NCBI GenBank assembly: GCA_002269645.1
Contig: NIVC01002017.1
Coordinates: 1 to 64,000 of the forward strand
Source: Macrostomum lignano
Lineage: Eukaryota
DNA: 64,000 nt
Direction: 5' to 3'
A program made the translations under genes and the position numbers. The notes beneath the pieces were generated by a model. The model saw only the letters and a program-made list of their open reading frames with translations. It had not been told where the DNA came from and made no database searches. Below are positions 25,489-44,992 of the stretch, piece by piece; positions within the stretch are counted from its first letter, which is position 1, and every line of letters starts with the position of its first letter.

Positions 25489-26915
25489 CACTCTCCCAGA
25501 TCCCCAGACTGGGCTACCAGCCACTCTCCCAGATCCCCAGACTGTGCTACCAGCCACTCTCCCAGATCCCCAGACTGGGCTACCAGCCACTCTCCCAGAT
25601 CCCCAGACTGGGCTACCAGCCACTCTCCCAGATCCCCAGACTGGGCTACCAGCCACTCTCCCAGATCCCCAGACTGGGCCACCAGCCACTCTCCCAGATC
25701 CCCAGACTGGGCTACCAGCCACTCTCCCAGATCCCCAGACTGGGCTACCAGCCACTCTCCCAGATCCCCAGACTGGGCTACCAGCCACTCTCCCAGATCC
25801 CCAGACTGGGCTACCAGCCACTCTCCCAGATCCCCAGACTGGGCTACTCTCCCAGATCCCCAGACTGGGCTACTCTCCCAGATCCCCAGACTGGGCTACC
25901 AGCCACTCTCCCAGATCCCCAGACTGGGCTACCAGCCACTCTCCCAGATCCCCAGACTGGGCTACCAGCCACTCTCCCAGATCCCCAGACTGTGCTACCA
26001 GCCACTCTCCCAGATCCCCAGACTGTGCTACCAGCCACTCTCCCAGATCCCCAGACTGGGCTACCAACCACTCTCCCAGATCCCCAGACTGGGCTACCAG
26101 CCACTCTCCCAGATCCCCAGACTGGGCTACCAGCCACTCTCCCAGATCCCCAGACTGGGCCACCAGCCACTCTCCCAGATCCCCAGACTGGGCTACCAGC
26201 CACTCTCCCAGATCCCCAGACTGGGCTACCAGCCACTCTCCCAGATCCCCAGACTGGGCTACCAGCCACTCTCCCAGATCCCCAGACTGGGCCACCAGCC
26301 ACTCTCCCAGATCCCCAGACTGGGCTACCAGCCACTCTCCCAGATCCCCAGACTGGGCTACTCTCCCAGATCCCCAGACTGGGCTACTCTCCCAGATCCC
26401 CAGACTGGGCTACTAGCCACTCTCCCAGATCCCCAGACTGGGCTACCAGCCACTCTCCCAGATCCCCAGACTGGGCTAGCTACTCTCCCAGATCCCCAGA
26501 CTGGGCTACTAGCCACTCTCCCAGATCCCCAGACTGGGCTACCAGCCACTCTCCCAGATCCCCAGACTGGGCTACCAGCCACTCTCCCAGATCCCCAGAC
26601 TAGGCTACCAGCCACTCTCCCAGACCCCAGACTGGGCTACTCTCCCAGATCCCCAGACTGGGCTACTCTCCCAGATCCCCAGACTGGGCCACTCTCCCAG
26701 ATCCCCAGACTGGGCTACCAGCCACTCTCCCAGATCCCCAGACTGGGCTACCAGCCACTCTCCCAGATCCCCAGACTGGGCTACCAGCCACTCTCCCAGA
26801 TCCCCAGACTGTGCTACCAGCCACTCTCCCAGATCCCCAGACTGTGCTACCAGCCACTCTCCCAGATCCCCAGACTGTGCTACCAGCCACTCTCCCAGAT
26901 CCCCAGACTGTGCTA
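25489..26915. repeat. 33-bp minisatellite (CCACTCTCCCAGATCCCCAGACTGGGCTACCAG) with 24-bp deletion variants
   Basis: Tandem periodicity. It is the source of the 597/336/377-aa repeat ORFs. Confidence 0.97.
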
Positions 26916-27639
26916 CCCCAAATCCCTCCTCCTATTACATTTGTATTCCAGTAGACATATGCAGTTTTTTATAAATTATATTTATTGTCTTGACAGTTTC
27001 CTAACCGAAGAAAACCAATCTCGGTCAGATGAGGATTTATTTGACACTTCTGCAGCTATTTGTATTATGTGTGCGGCTGTTATCTGCATTCTTGACGAAA
27101 TAAACAATGTGTTATTTGTTACAGAACATTATAGTTTGTATAATTAATTTGGACTGAGTCTTCTTTCTTTTTTTATAGCTCTTAGCCACTAAGCAAGGAT
27201 GCGCTGTCTTCTACACTATATAAATAAATCTATTTTGCTTTGACTAAATTAGATTCGTGTCTTTCCTGTCTCCCTAAACAGGCTTTGTTGCTTTGTGTGT
27301 GTGTGTTTTCGATTGGGCAGGCAGAAACTCGTGCTACGTACAATGCCTGACGTGCCTCACTGACTGAGGCCCCGTGTGTGCATTGTGGCTGTACATTTGG
27401 TTGGAAATGAAGCGATAATGCTGCTTGAAGTCTTATAGCCTTCTGTCCGTCTGTATGCCTTGTTTTTTCAAAACATATCTTGCTTAGCCTTAGTGTTAGA
27501 AATATTCTTCCGTTTGAACCTTACTACTGTTGGAGTGAATTCTTCAACAAGTAGTAGCCACTGATGCATTTTTTCGTATAGAATTTTTTTATTCTTTATA
27601 GGGTTCTGTTGTGCAGGGAACGAAAGCTCCCTTATATAG

Positions 27640-28180
27640 TTACCTAATTCTGTTCTCTCAGCTACCTCATTCTGTTCCCTTCGCTACCTCACTCTGTTCC
27701 CTTAGCTACCTCATTCTGTTCCCTTAGCTACCTCATTCTGTTCCCTTAGCTACCTCACTCTGTTCCCTTAGCTACCTCACTCTGTTCCCTTAGCTACCTC
27801 ATTCTGTTCCCTTAGCTACCTCATTCTGTTCCCTTAGCTACCTCACTCTGTTCCCTTAGCTACCTCACTCTGTTCCCTTCGCTACCTCACTCTGTTCCCT
27901 TAGCTACCTCATTCTGTTCCCTTAGCTACCTCACTCTGTTCCCTTAGCTACCTCACTCTGTTCCCTTAGCTACCTCACTCTGTTCCCTTAGCTACCTCAT
28001 TCTGTTCCCTTAGCTACCTCATTCTGTTCCCTTAGCTACCTCACTCTGTTCCCTTAGCTACCTCACTCTGTTCCCTTAGCTACCTCATTCTGTTCCCTTA
28101 GCTACCTCATTCTATTCCCTTAGCTACCTCAACATTCCCTTCCCTTAGCTACATCATTCTGTTCCCTTATCCACCTCACT
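27640..28180. repeat. 22-bp minisatellite (GCTACCTCACTCTGTTCCCTTA) just upstream of the lst2 first coding exon
   Basis: About 24 tandem copies, ending about 25 bp before the acceptor-like GCATGCAG at 28204. Confidence 0.95.
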
Positions 28181-28218
28181 CTGTACCTATGCCCTTGCAT
28201 GCAGCATCGCGGCCAGCC

Positions 28219-30930
28219 ATGCTGCAGTCCTTAGGCCGGAAGTTATTCCTGCCTCACCGGAAGTCGGGCAGCGAGCTGCTATCGCGGTATTACGCCGCAG
28301 ACCAAGAGCTGGTCCGGGTGGCCCAGCAGATCAAGCGGTTAGACGCGGACAAGCAGCAGGACCGGGTGTCCGAGTTAATTGGCGAACTCAAAGAATGCCA
28401 GCAGCGAGTCATGAAGCTCATGCTAGAATTAATGAACGAGCTCATACCCGATCGAAGGCATCCGAAAGATTTCCGTATGAAATTCCCAGACGAAGTGGTT
28501 CAGGAGGGTCTGGAAGGCCAGCTCTGGTACGCGTCCGAGTGCCTGGCTGCTGGATCCTCCATTCTGTACAGGGAGGTGGAGGCTGAGAGCATCCGGCCGC
28601 TGGCCATTCAGGTGAGGCCTGGGCTGCTGTACTTTCCCTGTCTGCTATACCCCAGCCTGTCTGCTATACCCCAGCCTGTCTGCTATACCCCAGCCTGTCT
28701 GCTATACCCCCAGCCTGTCTGCTATACCCCAGCCTGTCTGCTATACCCCAACCTGTCTGCTATACCCCAGCCTGTCTGCTATACCCCAGCCTGTCTGCTA
28801 TACTCCAGCTTGTCTGCTATACCCCAAGCCTCTCCCCCGCTGTGTCCCCAGATGACCCTCCCAAGGTGACCCTCCCTCTCCTCTGTTGTGTCTTCAGTCC
28901 CCAGTCCTCAGTCCCCAGGTTACCCTCCCTCTCCCCCTCTGTGTCCCCAGGTGACCCTCATTCTCCCCCTCTGTGTCCCCAGGTGACCCTCCCTCTCCCC
29001 TCTGTCCCCAGGTGACCCTCCCTTTCCCCCGCTGTGTCCCCAGGTGACCCTCATTCTCCCCCTCTGTGTCCCCAGGTGACCCTCCCTCTCCTCAGTTGTG
29101 TCTTCAGTCCCCAGTCCTCAGTCCCCAGGTGACCCTCCCTCTCCTCAGTTGTGTCTTCAGTCCCCAGTCCTCAGTCCCCAGGTTACCCTCCCTCTCCCCC
29201 TCTGTGTCCCCAGGTGACCCTCATTCTCCCCCTCTGTGTCCCCAGGTGACCCTCCCTCTCCCCTCTGTCCCCAGGTGACCCTCCCTTTCCCCCGCTGTGT
29301 CCCCAGGTGACCCTCATTCTTCCCCTCTGTGTCCCCAGGTGACCCTCCCTCTCCCCCTCTGTGTCCCCAGGTGACCCTCCCTCTCCCCCTCTGTGTCCCC
29401 AGGTGACCCTCCCTCTCCCCCTCTGTCCCCAGGTGACCCTCCCTCTCCCCCGCTGTGTCCCCAGGTGACCCTCCCTCTCCCCCGCTGTGTCCCCAGGTGA
29501 CCCTCCCTCTCCCCCGCTGTGTCCCCAGGTGACCCGCGAAGGCGAGAAGACCCGCCGCCTGCTCCGTGACGAGGCCAGCCGCAGTTACTTCGGTGCGGAG
29601 CCCCGGGCGAATCGCCGGTTGCTGGACCAGCTGGCCCTGTTCGATCGCATTCTGGCCGAGTTCGAGTTGAGCTACGTCAGCGCCATGGTGCCAGTTAAAA
29701 CCATGACGGAGATGGACCAGCTGCAGGAGGTGGCCGTGCTGTTCTCCGAGACTGCGGCCTGGGCCCTGGCTGGCGGGCACATCCGCCGCGATGACATTGA
29801 CGAGTGCGAGCCCACCTTGATGATAGTGCTGCCCAGGCTGGCTGTGCTGCACGGCCTGCTAGTGCATCCCGATGGACCTCTGAGCACCAAGGATCGGCCA
29901 GCTAGCAAGCTCTGCCCGCTGTTCCGGGCTTTTCACAGCCATCTGGACCGCGTCAGGTCGTTTCTAGGAAAGCTGAAGCAGTCCGACAGGGACAGGCTGG
30001 TGCGGCGGCTCTGCCTGACCGAGTCGGGCGACGCCACGGACGCTGAAGCGGATGTTGACGCGGATGCCGACCGGGTTGCCGGGCTGTTCAAGGTATTCTT
30101 GGGGTGGTCTGGGTAGGCTTTTGGGGTGGTCTGGGTAGGTTTTGGGGTTGTCTGGATAGGTCCACAGACACAGCAGGTCAACCAACAGACACAGCAGGGC
30201 AACCAACAGACACAGCAGGGCAACCAACAGACACAGCAGGGCAACCAACAGAAACAGAAGGGCAACCAACAGACACAGCAGGGCAACCAACAGAAACAGA
30301 AGGGCAACCAACAGACACAGCAGGGCAACCAACAGACACAGCAGGGCAACCAACAGAAACAGAAGGGCAACCAACAGACACAGCATGGCAACCAACAGAC
30401 ACAGAAGGGCAACCAACCGCCCACCCCGCCCTCAGGTGATCGCAGGCGTGGCGGACCAGATTCAGAGCAACTACGCCTGGGAGCTGCGCTACCTGCTCCG
30501 CTGCGTGTACAACCTGCACTGCAGCGAGGCTGTTGACGAGGCCGCCGCTTCGGCAGCCGCCGCCACCGCCACCCTAGCCGTCGAGGAAGGCTTGGACGCT
30601 TTCGACTGGCAGGTGACGGACTCGGTGCAATCGGCTTCAACTTCGATGGTGACCGCGGCTGCCACCGGAGCGGAGGCGTCGGCCGTCGAGCCTCCAGCCT
30701 GGGTGCCGGACTCCGCCTCTGACGTGTGCACCAACCGGCGCTGCGGCCAGGCCTTCACCATCACCAGGCGGCGGCACCACTGCCGGGCCTGTGGCGGCCT
30801 GTTCTGCTCGGCCTGCACCAGGGCTCGGCGAGCCCTGCCCGTCCTCGGATTCGACAGTCCCGTCCGGCTGTGCGACGCCTGCTGCGTCTCCGCCGCCGCC
30901 GTCAACGAAAACAATGGCGACAGGGCGTGA
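28219..30930 (+). CDS. lst2: Lateral signaling target 2 (Lst2/ZFYVE28) homolog, FYVE domain, join(28219..28611,29529..30092,30436..30930), 483 aa
   Basis: Contains motifs I recognise from Lst2: DFRMKFPDEV..GQLWYASECLAAGSSI, FDRILAEFELSYVSAMVPVK, EPTLMIVLPRLAV and GVADQIQSNYA. The C-terminal FYVE finger is WVPD..C..C...F..TRRRHHCRACGGLFC. Both introns are GT-AG, phase 0. Confidence 0.92.
28636..29535. repeat. Compound array in lst2 intron 1: 19-bp (CTGTCTGCTATACCCCAGC) then 29-32-bp (CCCCAGGTGACCCTCCCTCTCCCCCTCTGTGT)
   Basis: The second unit reproduces the true acceptor TGTGTCCCCAG|GTGACCC at 29528/29529. Confidence 0.95.
30098..30418. repeat. Compound array in lst2 intron 2: (TTGGGGTGGTCTGGGTAGG..) x about 3, then 21-bp (CAGACACAGCAGGGCAACCAA) x about 12
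   Basis: Tandem periodicity is visible. Confidence 0.93.
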
Positions 30931-31174
30931 CAGACCAGGGACTGCCTAGTTCCGCATGGCAACAAGGATTTGGTGCAGAGGATTGCTATGCGAATACAGA
31001 ATTATTATTCTCTTTCAACCTGTTTTTGCCACGTCCATGTTTATGCAGGGTCTGCACTCTGCGCTCTCTCTGGAAAACTTTATTGATGGCGCTGGGCCTG
31101 CTTAAATTATTGCATCAGCATGTGTCATTTATTGTATCTGTTCTTTCTAATGCAAACACATTTTATTGCAACCT

Positions 31175-31668
31175 GATTGTACTGCTACTTATCGATAATT
31201 GTACTGTTACTTATCGATAATTGTACTGTTACTTATCTATAATTGTACTGTTACTTATCGATAATTGTACTGTTACTTATCGATAATTTTACTGCTACTT
31301 ATCGATAATTGTACTGTTACTTATCGATAATTGTACTGCTACTTATCGATAATTGTACTGCTACTTATCGATAACTGTACTGCTAGTTATCGATAATTGT
31401 ACTGCTACTTATCTATAAATGTACTGTTACTTATCGATAATTACACACTGCTACTTATCGATAATTGTACTGCTACTTATCGATAATTGTACTGCTACTT
31501 ATCTATAAATGTACTGTTACTTATCGATAATTACACACTGCTACTTATCGATAATTGTACTGCTACTTATCGATAATTGTACTGCTACTTATCGATAAAT
31601 GTACTGTTACTTATCGATAATTACACACTGCTACTTATCGATAATTGTACTGATACTTATCGATAATT
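31175..31668. repeat. 22-bp minisatellite (CTGCTACTTATCGATAATTGTA) containing the palindrome TTATCGATAA
   Basis: About 22 tandem copies downstream of lst2. Confidence 0.95.
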
Positions 31669-32261
31669 TCGCGCAAGGGTGCATAGCCTCTAATTTTCCT
31701 TGCCCTTCAACTAACCCCCCTTATCTTCCATATCCCTGCTGGCAGATCTATCTGTTCTGCCTGCAAAATGCAAAAACGGCAGTAAATGTTGAACATCGAA
31801 AATGATTGATTCGCTTTCTAAATTGCTTGTGCAGAATGTGTACAGGTTACAATTTACCTGTTTTCTCATTCTCGCTCTGTTAATTACTAAATCCAGGTTT
31901 AAAAAGAAAACATGGTTTATACCCGCTTTCACTTTAGTGTAATATTCAGAAAATTATTTTTTTCAAACAAGGCCACACGCTGTATTCAATCGCAGCACAC
32001 AGGCAAGCGCTTGCGTAATAGTTAACTATGGTGTTTTTCTAATAATTTTCTATTGTTTGTTGACGTGTTATTAATTAATTAAGCCTTTTTAATCACTTTG
32101 TGATTCATTCCACGAGTGCTACTAGAAACTGAAGGTCTGAATGTGGGAAACTTCAAGTCTGGCTTCATTACCTTCAAGATGCGAAGTGGGAGCCTTGAAA
32201 ATCCGAGGGGGGGGGGCGAATCCTGAAGTTCTGAATTTCAGATTTCTGATGATTTGAGATG

Positions 32262-33648
32262 AGAGCCCTGAGGACCTGAAGTTCAGAGTCCTGAAAGATC
32301 TGAGGTGGAAGCCCTGAGGACCTGAAGTTCAGAGTCCTGAAAGATCTGAGGTGGGAGCCCTGAGGATCTGAAGTTCAGAGTCCTGAAAGATCTGAGGTGG
32401 GAGCCCTGAGGATCTGAAGTTCAGAGTCCTGAAAGATCTGAGGTGGGAGCCCTGAGGATCTGAAGTTCAGAGTCCTGAAAGATCTGAGGTGGGAGCCCTG
32501 AGGATCTGAAGTTCAGAGTCCTGAAAGATCTGAGGTGGAAGCCCTGAGAACCTGAAGTTCAGAGTCCTGAAAGATCTGAGGTGGAAGCCCTGAGGACCTG
32601 AAGTTCAGAGTCCTGAAAGATCTGAGGTGGGAGCCCTGAGAACCTGAAAGATCTGAGGTGGAAGCCCTGAGAACCTGAAGTTCAGAGTCCTGGAAGATCT
32701 GAGGTGGGAGCCCTGAGGACCTGAAGTTCAGAGTCCTGGAAGATCTGAGGTGGGAGCCTTGAGGACCTGAAGTTCAGAGTCCTGGAAGATCTGAGGTAGG
32801 AGCCCTGAGGATCTGAAGTTCAGAGTCCTGAAAGATCTGAGGTGGGAGCCCTGAGGACCTGAAGTTCAGAGTCCTGAACGATCTGAGGTGGGAGCCCTGA
32901 GAATCTGAAGTTCAGAGTCCTGAAATATCTGAGGTGGGAGCCCTGAGGACCTGAAGTTCAGAGTCCTGAAAGATTTGAGGTGGGAGCCCTGAGGATCTGA
33001 AGTTCAGAGTCCTGAAAGATCTGAGGTGGGAGCCCTGAGGATCTGAAGTTCAGAGTCCTGAAAGATCTAAGGTGGGAGCCCTGAGAACCTGAAGTTCAGA
33101 GTCCTGGAAGATCTGAGGTAGGAGCCCTGAGAACCTGAAGTTCAGAGTCCTGGAAGATCTGAGGTGGAAGCCCTGAGGATCTGAAGTTCAGAGTCCTGGA
33201 AGATCTGAGGTGGGAGCCCTGAGAACCTGAAGTTTAGAGTCCTGAAAGATCTGAGGTGGGAGCCCTGAGGACCTGAAGTTCAGAGTCCTGAAAGATCTGA
33301 GGTGGGAGCCCTGAGAATCTGAAGTTCAGAGTCCTGAAAGATCTGAGGTGGGAGCCCTGAGAATCTGAAGTTCAGAGTCCTGAAAGATCTGAGGTGGGAG
33401 CCCTGAGGACCTGAAGTTCAGAGTCCTGAAAGATCTGAGGTGGGAGCCCTGAGGATCTGAAGTTCAGAGTCCTGAAAGATCTGAGGTGGGAGCCCTGAGG
33501 ATCTGAAGTTCAGAGTCCTGAAAGATCTGAGGTGGGAGCCCTGAGGATCTGAAGTTCAGAGTCCTGGAAGATCTGAGGTGGAAGCCCTGAGGATCTGAAG
33601 TTCAGAGTCCTGAAAGATCTGAGGTAGGAGCCCTGAGGATCTGAAGTT
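32262..33648. repeat. 46-bp minisatellite (GAGCCCTGAGGATCTGAAGTTCAGAGTCCTGAAAGATCTGAGGTGG), about 30 copies
   Basis: Contiguous tandem units without spacers. Confidence 0.97.
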
Positions 33649-34269
33649 CTGTCTCGATTTTTACTAATGCTATGCATCGCAAATATGATTCACTATGTAC
33701 ATGTGATTGTGCATGTTGCAAGCTTTATAAATCAGCCGATTTCTCTCCACTCTGTAGTCTGCCTTGTGCGTTGTTGAACAGCACTGAGCAACATAGCTGG
33801 TTTGTATTCGTCACTATATACAATATTTACAACTGTTTACTGCGATGCCCCAATTTAATTAACTACTTCTGCGCCAAAATATTCAAGCACTATATAGTTA
33901 CTGACGTGTAAAACTGATCAGTGTGTACATTACATTAGAAAAATCTTTTTCTGTAAATCATATCAACTTTTTTCAATCAACGTATTATTATTGTTATTAT
34001 TATTATTATTATCGTTTGTAATTTTGCACCTTTCTAGATTGGTATTAATTATGAAGTTAAAAATTGAATAAAATTTTAAGAACAAACTGTGCCTACACAA
34101 TATGTCTCTGAATGAGTTTTCCGTTTCTCAAATTTTAAATTGGATTCGATGCTTGCCTTCAATGCTACTTGAAGTAGTATTGCTTTGCTTATTTTCTTTT
34201 GCTTCATTAAATTTGTGCTTTCATCCAACAGCTTTTTACACATCTGCTAAAGCGCGATTACAATGGCTT

Positions 34270-35150
34270 TGGAAGTGATTCCTACCTAATGGTTTATCAC
34301 TCTGGAAGTGATTCCAGAGATTCCAATACCTAATGGCTTCTCACTCTGGAAGTGATTCCTACCTAATGGTTTATCACTCTGGAAGTGATTCCTACCTAAT
34401 GGCTTCTCACTCTGGAAGTGATTCTTACCTAATGGCTTCTCACTCTGGAAGTGATTCTTACCTAATGGCTTCTCACTCTGGAAGTGATTCCTACCTAATG
34501 GTTTATCACTCTGGAAGTGATTCCTACCTAATGGTTTATCACTCTGGAAGTGATTCTTACCTAATGGCTTCTCACTCTGGAAGTGATTCCTACCTAATGG
34601 TTTATCACTCTGGAAGTGATTCCTACCTAATGGTTTATCACTCTGGAAGTGATTCCTACCTAATGGTTTATCACTCTGGAAGTGATTCTTACCTAATGGT
34701 TTATCACTCTGGAAGTGATTCCTACCTAATGGTTTATCACTCTGGAAGTGATTCTTACCTAATGGTTTATCACTCTGGAAGTGATTCCTACCTAATGGTT
34801 TATCACTCTGGAAGTGATTCCTACCTAATGGTTTATCACTCTGGAAGTGATTCTTACCTAATGGCTTCTCACTCTGAAGCTACATGTATTCCCATGACTT
34901 CTCACTCTGGAAGCTACATGTATTCCCATGACTTCTCACTCTGGAAGCTACATGTATTCCCATGACTTCTCACTCTGGAAGCTACATGTATTCACATGAC
35001 TTCTCACTCTGGAAGCTACATGTATTCACATGACTTCTCACTCTGGAAGCTACATGTATTCCCATGACTTCTCACTCTGGAAGCTACATGTATTCCCATG
35101 ACTTCTCACTCTGGAAGCTACATGTATTCCCATGACTTCTCACTCTGGAA
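34270..35150. repeat. Two abutting related arrays: 33-bp (CACTCTGGAAGTGATTCCTACCTAATGGTTTAT) then 34-bp (CACTCTGGAAGCTACATGTATTCCCATGACTTCT)
   Basis: Shared CACTCTGGAAG core, with the unit switching at about 34875. Confidence 0.95.
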
Positions 35151-35406
35151 GCGGCCGAAGAGAGCAATCTGAGATTTGATATAATCTGGCAAGGCAGCCA
35201 ATAGAAACTCGGAAATGAAAATGGCGCCAATGCTTAGAGCTCATGTATTGTACATTTTCATGAATTATTTTTCACGCAAACAATTAAATTCATTGGGTTT
35301 CAAATGAAACAGTAATAACTAAAGGAACAATCGATAGAATAATAACAAACTAAAATACATAGAACAATAATAATAATAATAACAATAAGAACAATAATAC
35401 ATAGAC

Positions 35407-35578
35407 CATACATGCGCAACTTTGGGAATCACCCGGCCGTCTCTATTGGCAACACACACATGTAAGTCGCTATTGGCTGAGAGCGGTCACGTGACTACTA
35501 TTCTGTCCAATAGCGACTTACATGTGTGTGTTGCCAATAGAAACGGCCGAGTGAATCCCAAGGTTGCGCCCAAGCATG
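35407..35578 (-). mobile_element. Near-palindromic hAT-type MITE, copy 2 (172 bp, inverted relative to copies 1 and 3)
   Basis: Same arms and central GTCACGTGAC as 19085-19256. No clean 8-bp TSD (ACATAGAC versus GAACAATT). Confidence 0.85.
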
Positions 35579-36034
35579 GAACAATTATAGAACACGGGAC
35601 ATCTGTTTGTGTATGCAACTGGCTGCTTTCGGGTTTGAAAAGGAGGGGCATAAAGAGCGGATGCATGGGATGGATTGTGGCCCGGGGAAGTAATATGCAT
35701 ATAAACATAGAATATGCCAACGGCATCACCAGAGACAGTTAGCCTATGCTCTCGTAATTGGCAAGGAAAAAACATTGTCTAGAAAAATACACGAGAATGG
35801 CACTGCATTAATCATATATATCGGGTAGGCGCCCTCTTTAACTTTGACTGGCTGTACAAAAATAATGGAATTTCTCGCCTATTCGAATCGAATGAGGAAC
35901 AGTTAACGAAGTTTTTAAACATTTTATAGTTCAGTTAAGAAATCAAATTTTGCTCTGTTTAAAAAATTAAAGAAAGTGTGCAACTTTGTTAACAAAGCTA
36001 CACAGTTATTGTTGCCGTGGCGAGCTTCAAGAGC

Positions 36035-44992
<8,958 letters not shown>

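Noticed and set aside
25354-27147. 597-aa and overlapping repeat ORFs; likewise those at 8068-9865, 52610-53428, 55556-56769, 57393-58730 and 61854-63123
   Set aside because: Translations of minisatellites whose unit length is a multiple of 3 or stop-free. No supporting splice or start context.
32262-33648. CRISPR-like array (palindromic 46-bp repeat); also the 41-bp and 33-bp arrays
   Set aside because: Units are contiguous with no unique spacers, there are no cas genes, and the context is eukaryotic and spliced.
35399-35586. TSD for MITE copy 2
   Set aside because: The flanks ACATAGAC and GAACAATT do not match, so no TSD is claimed.
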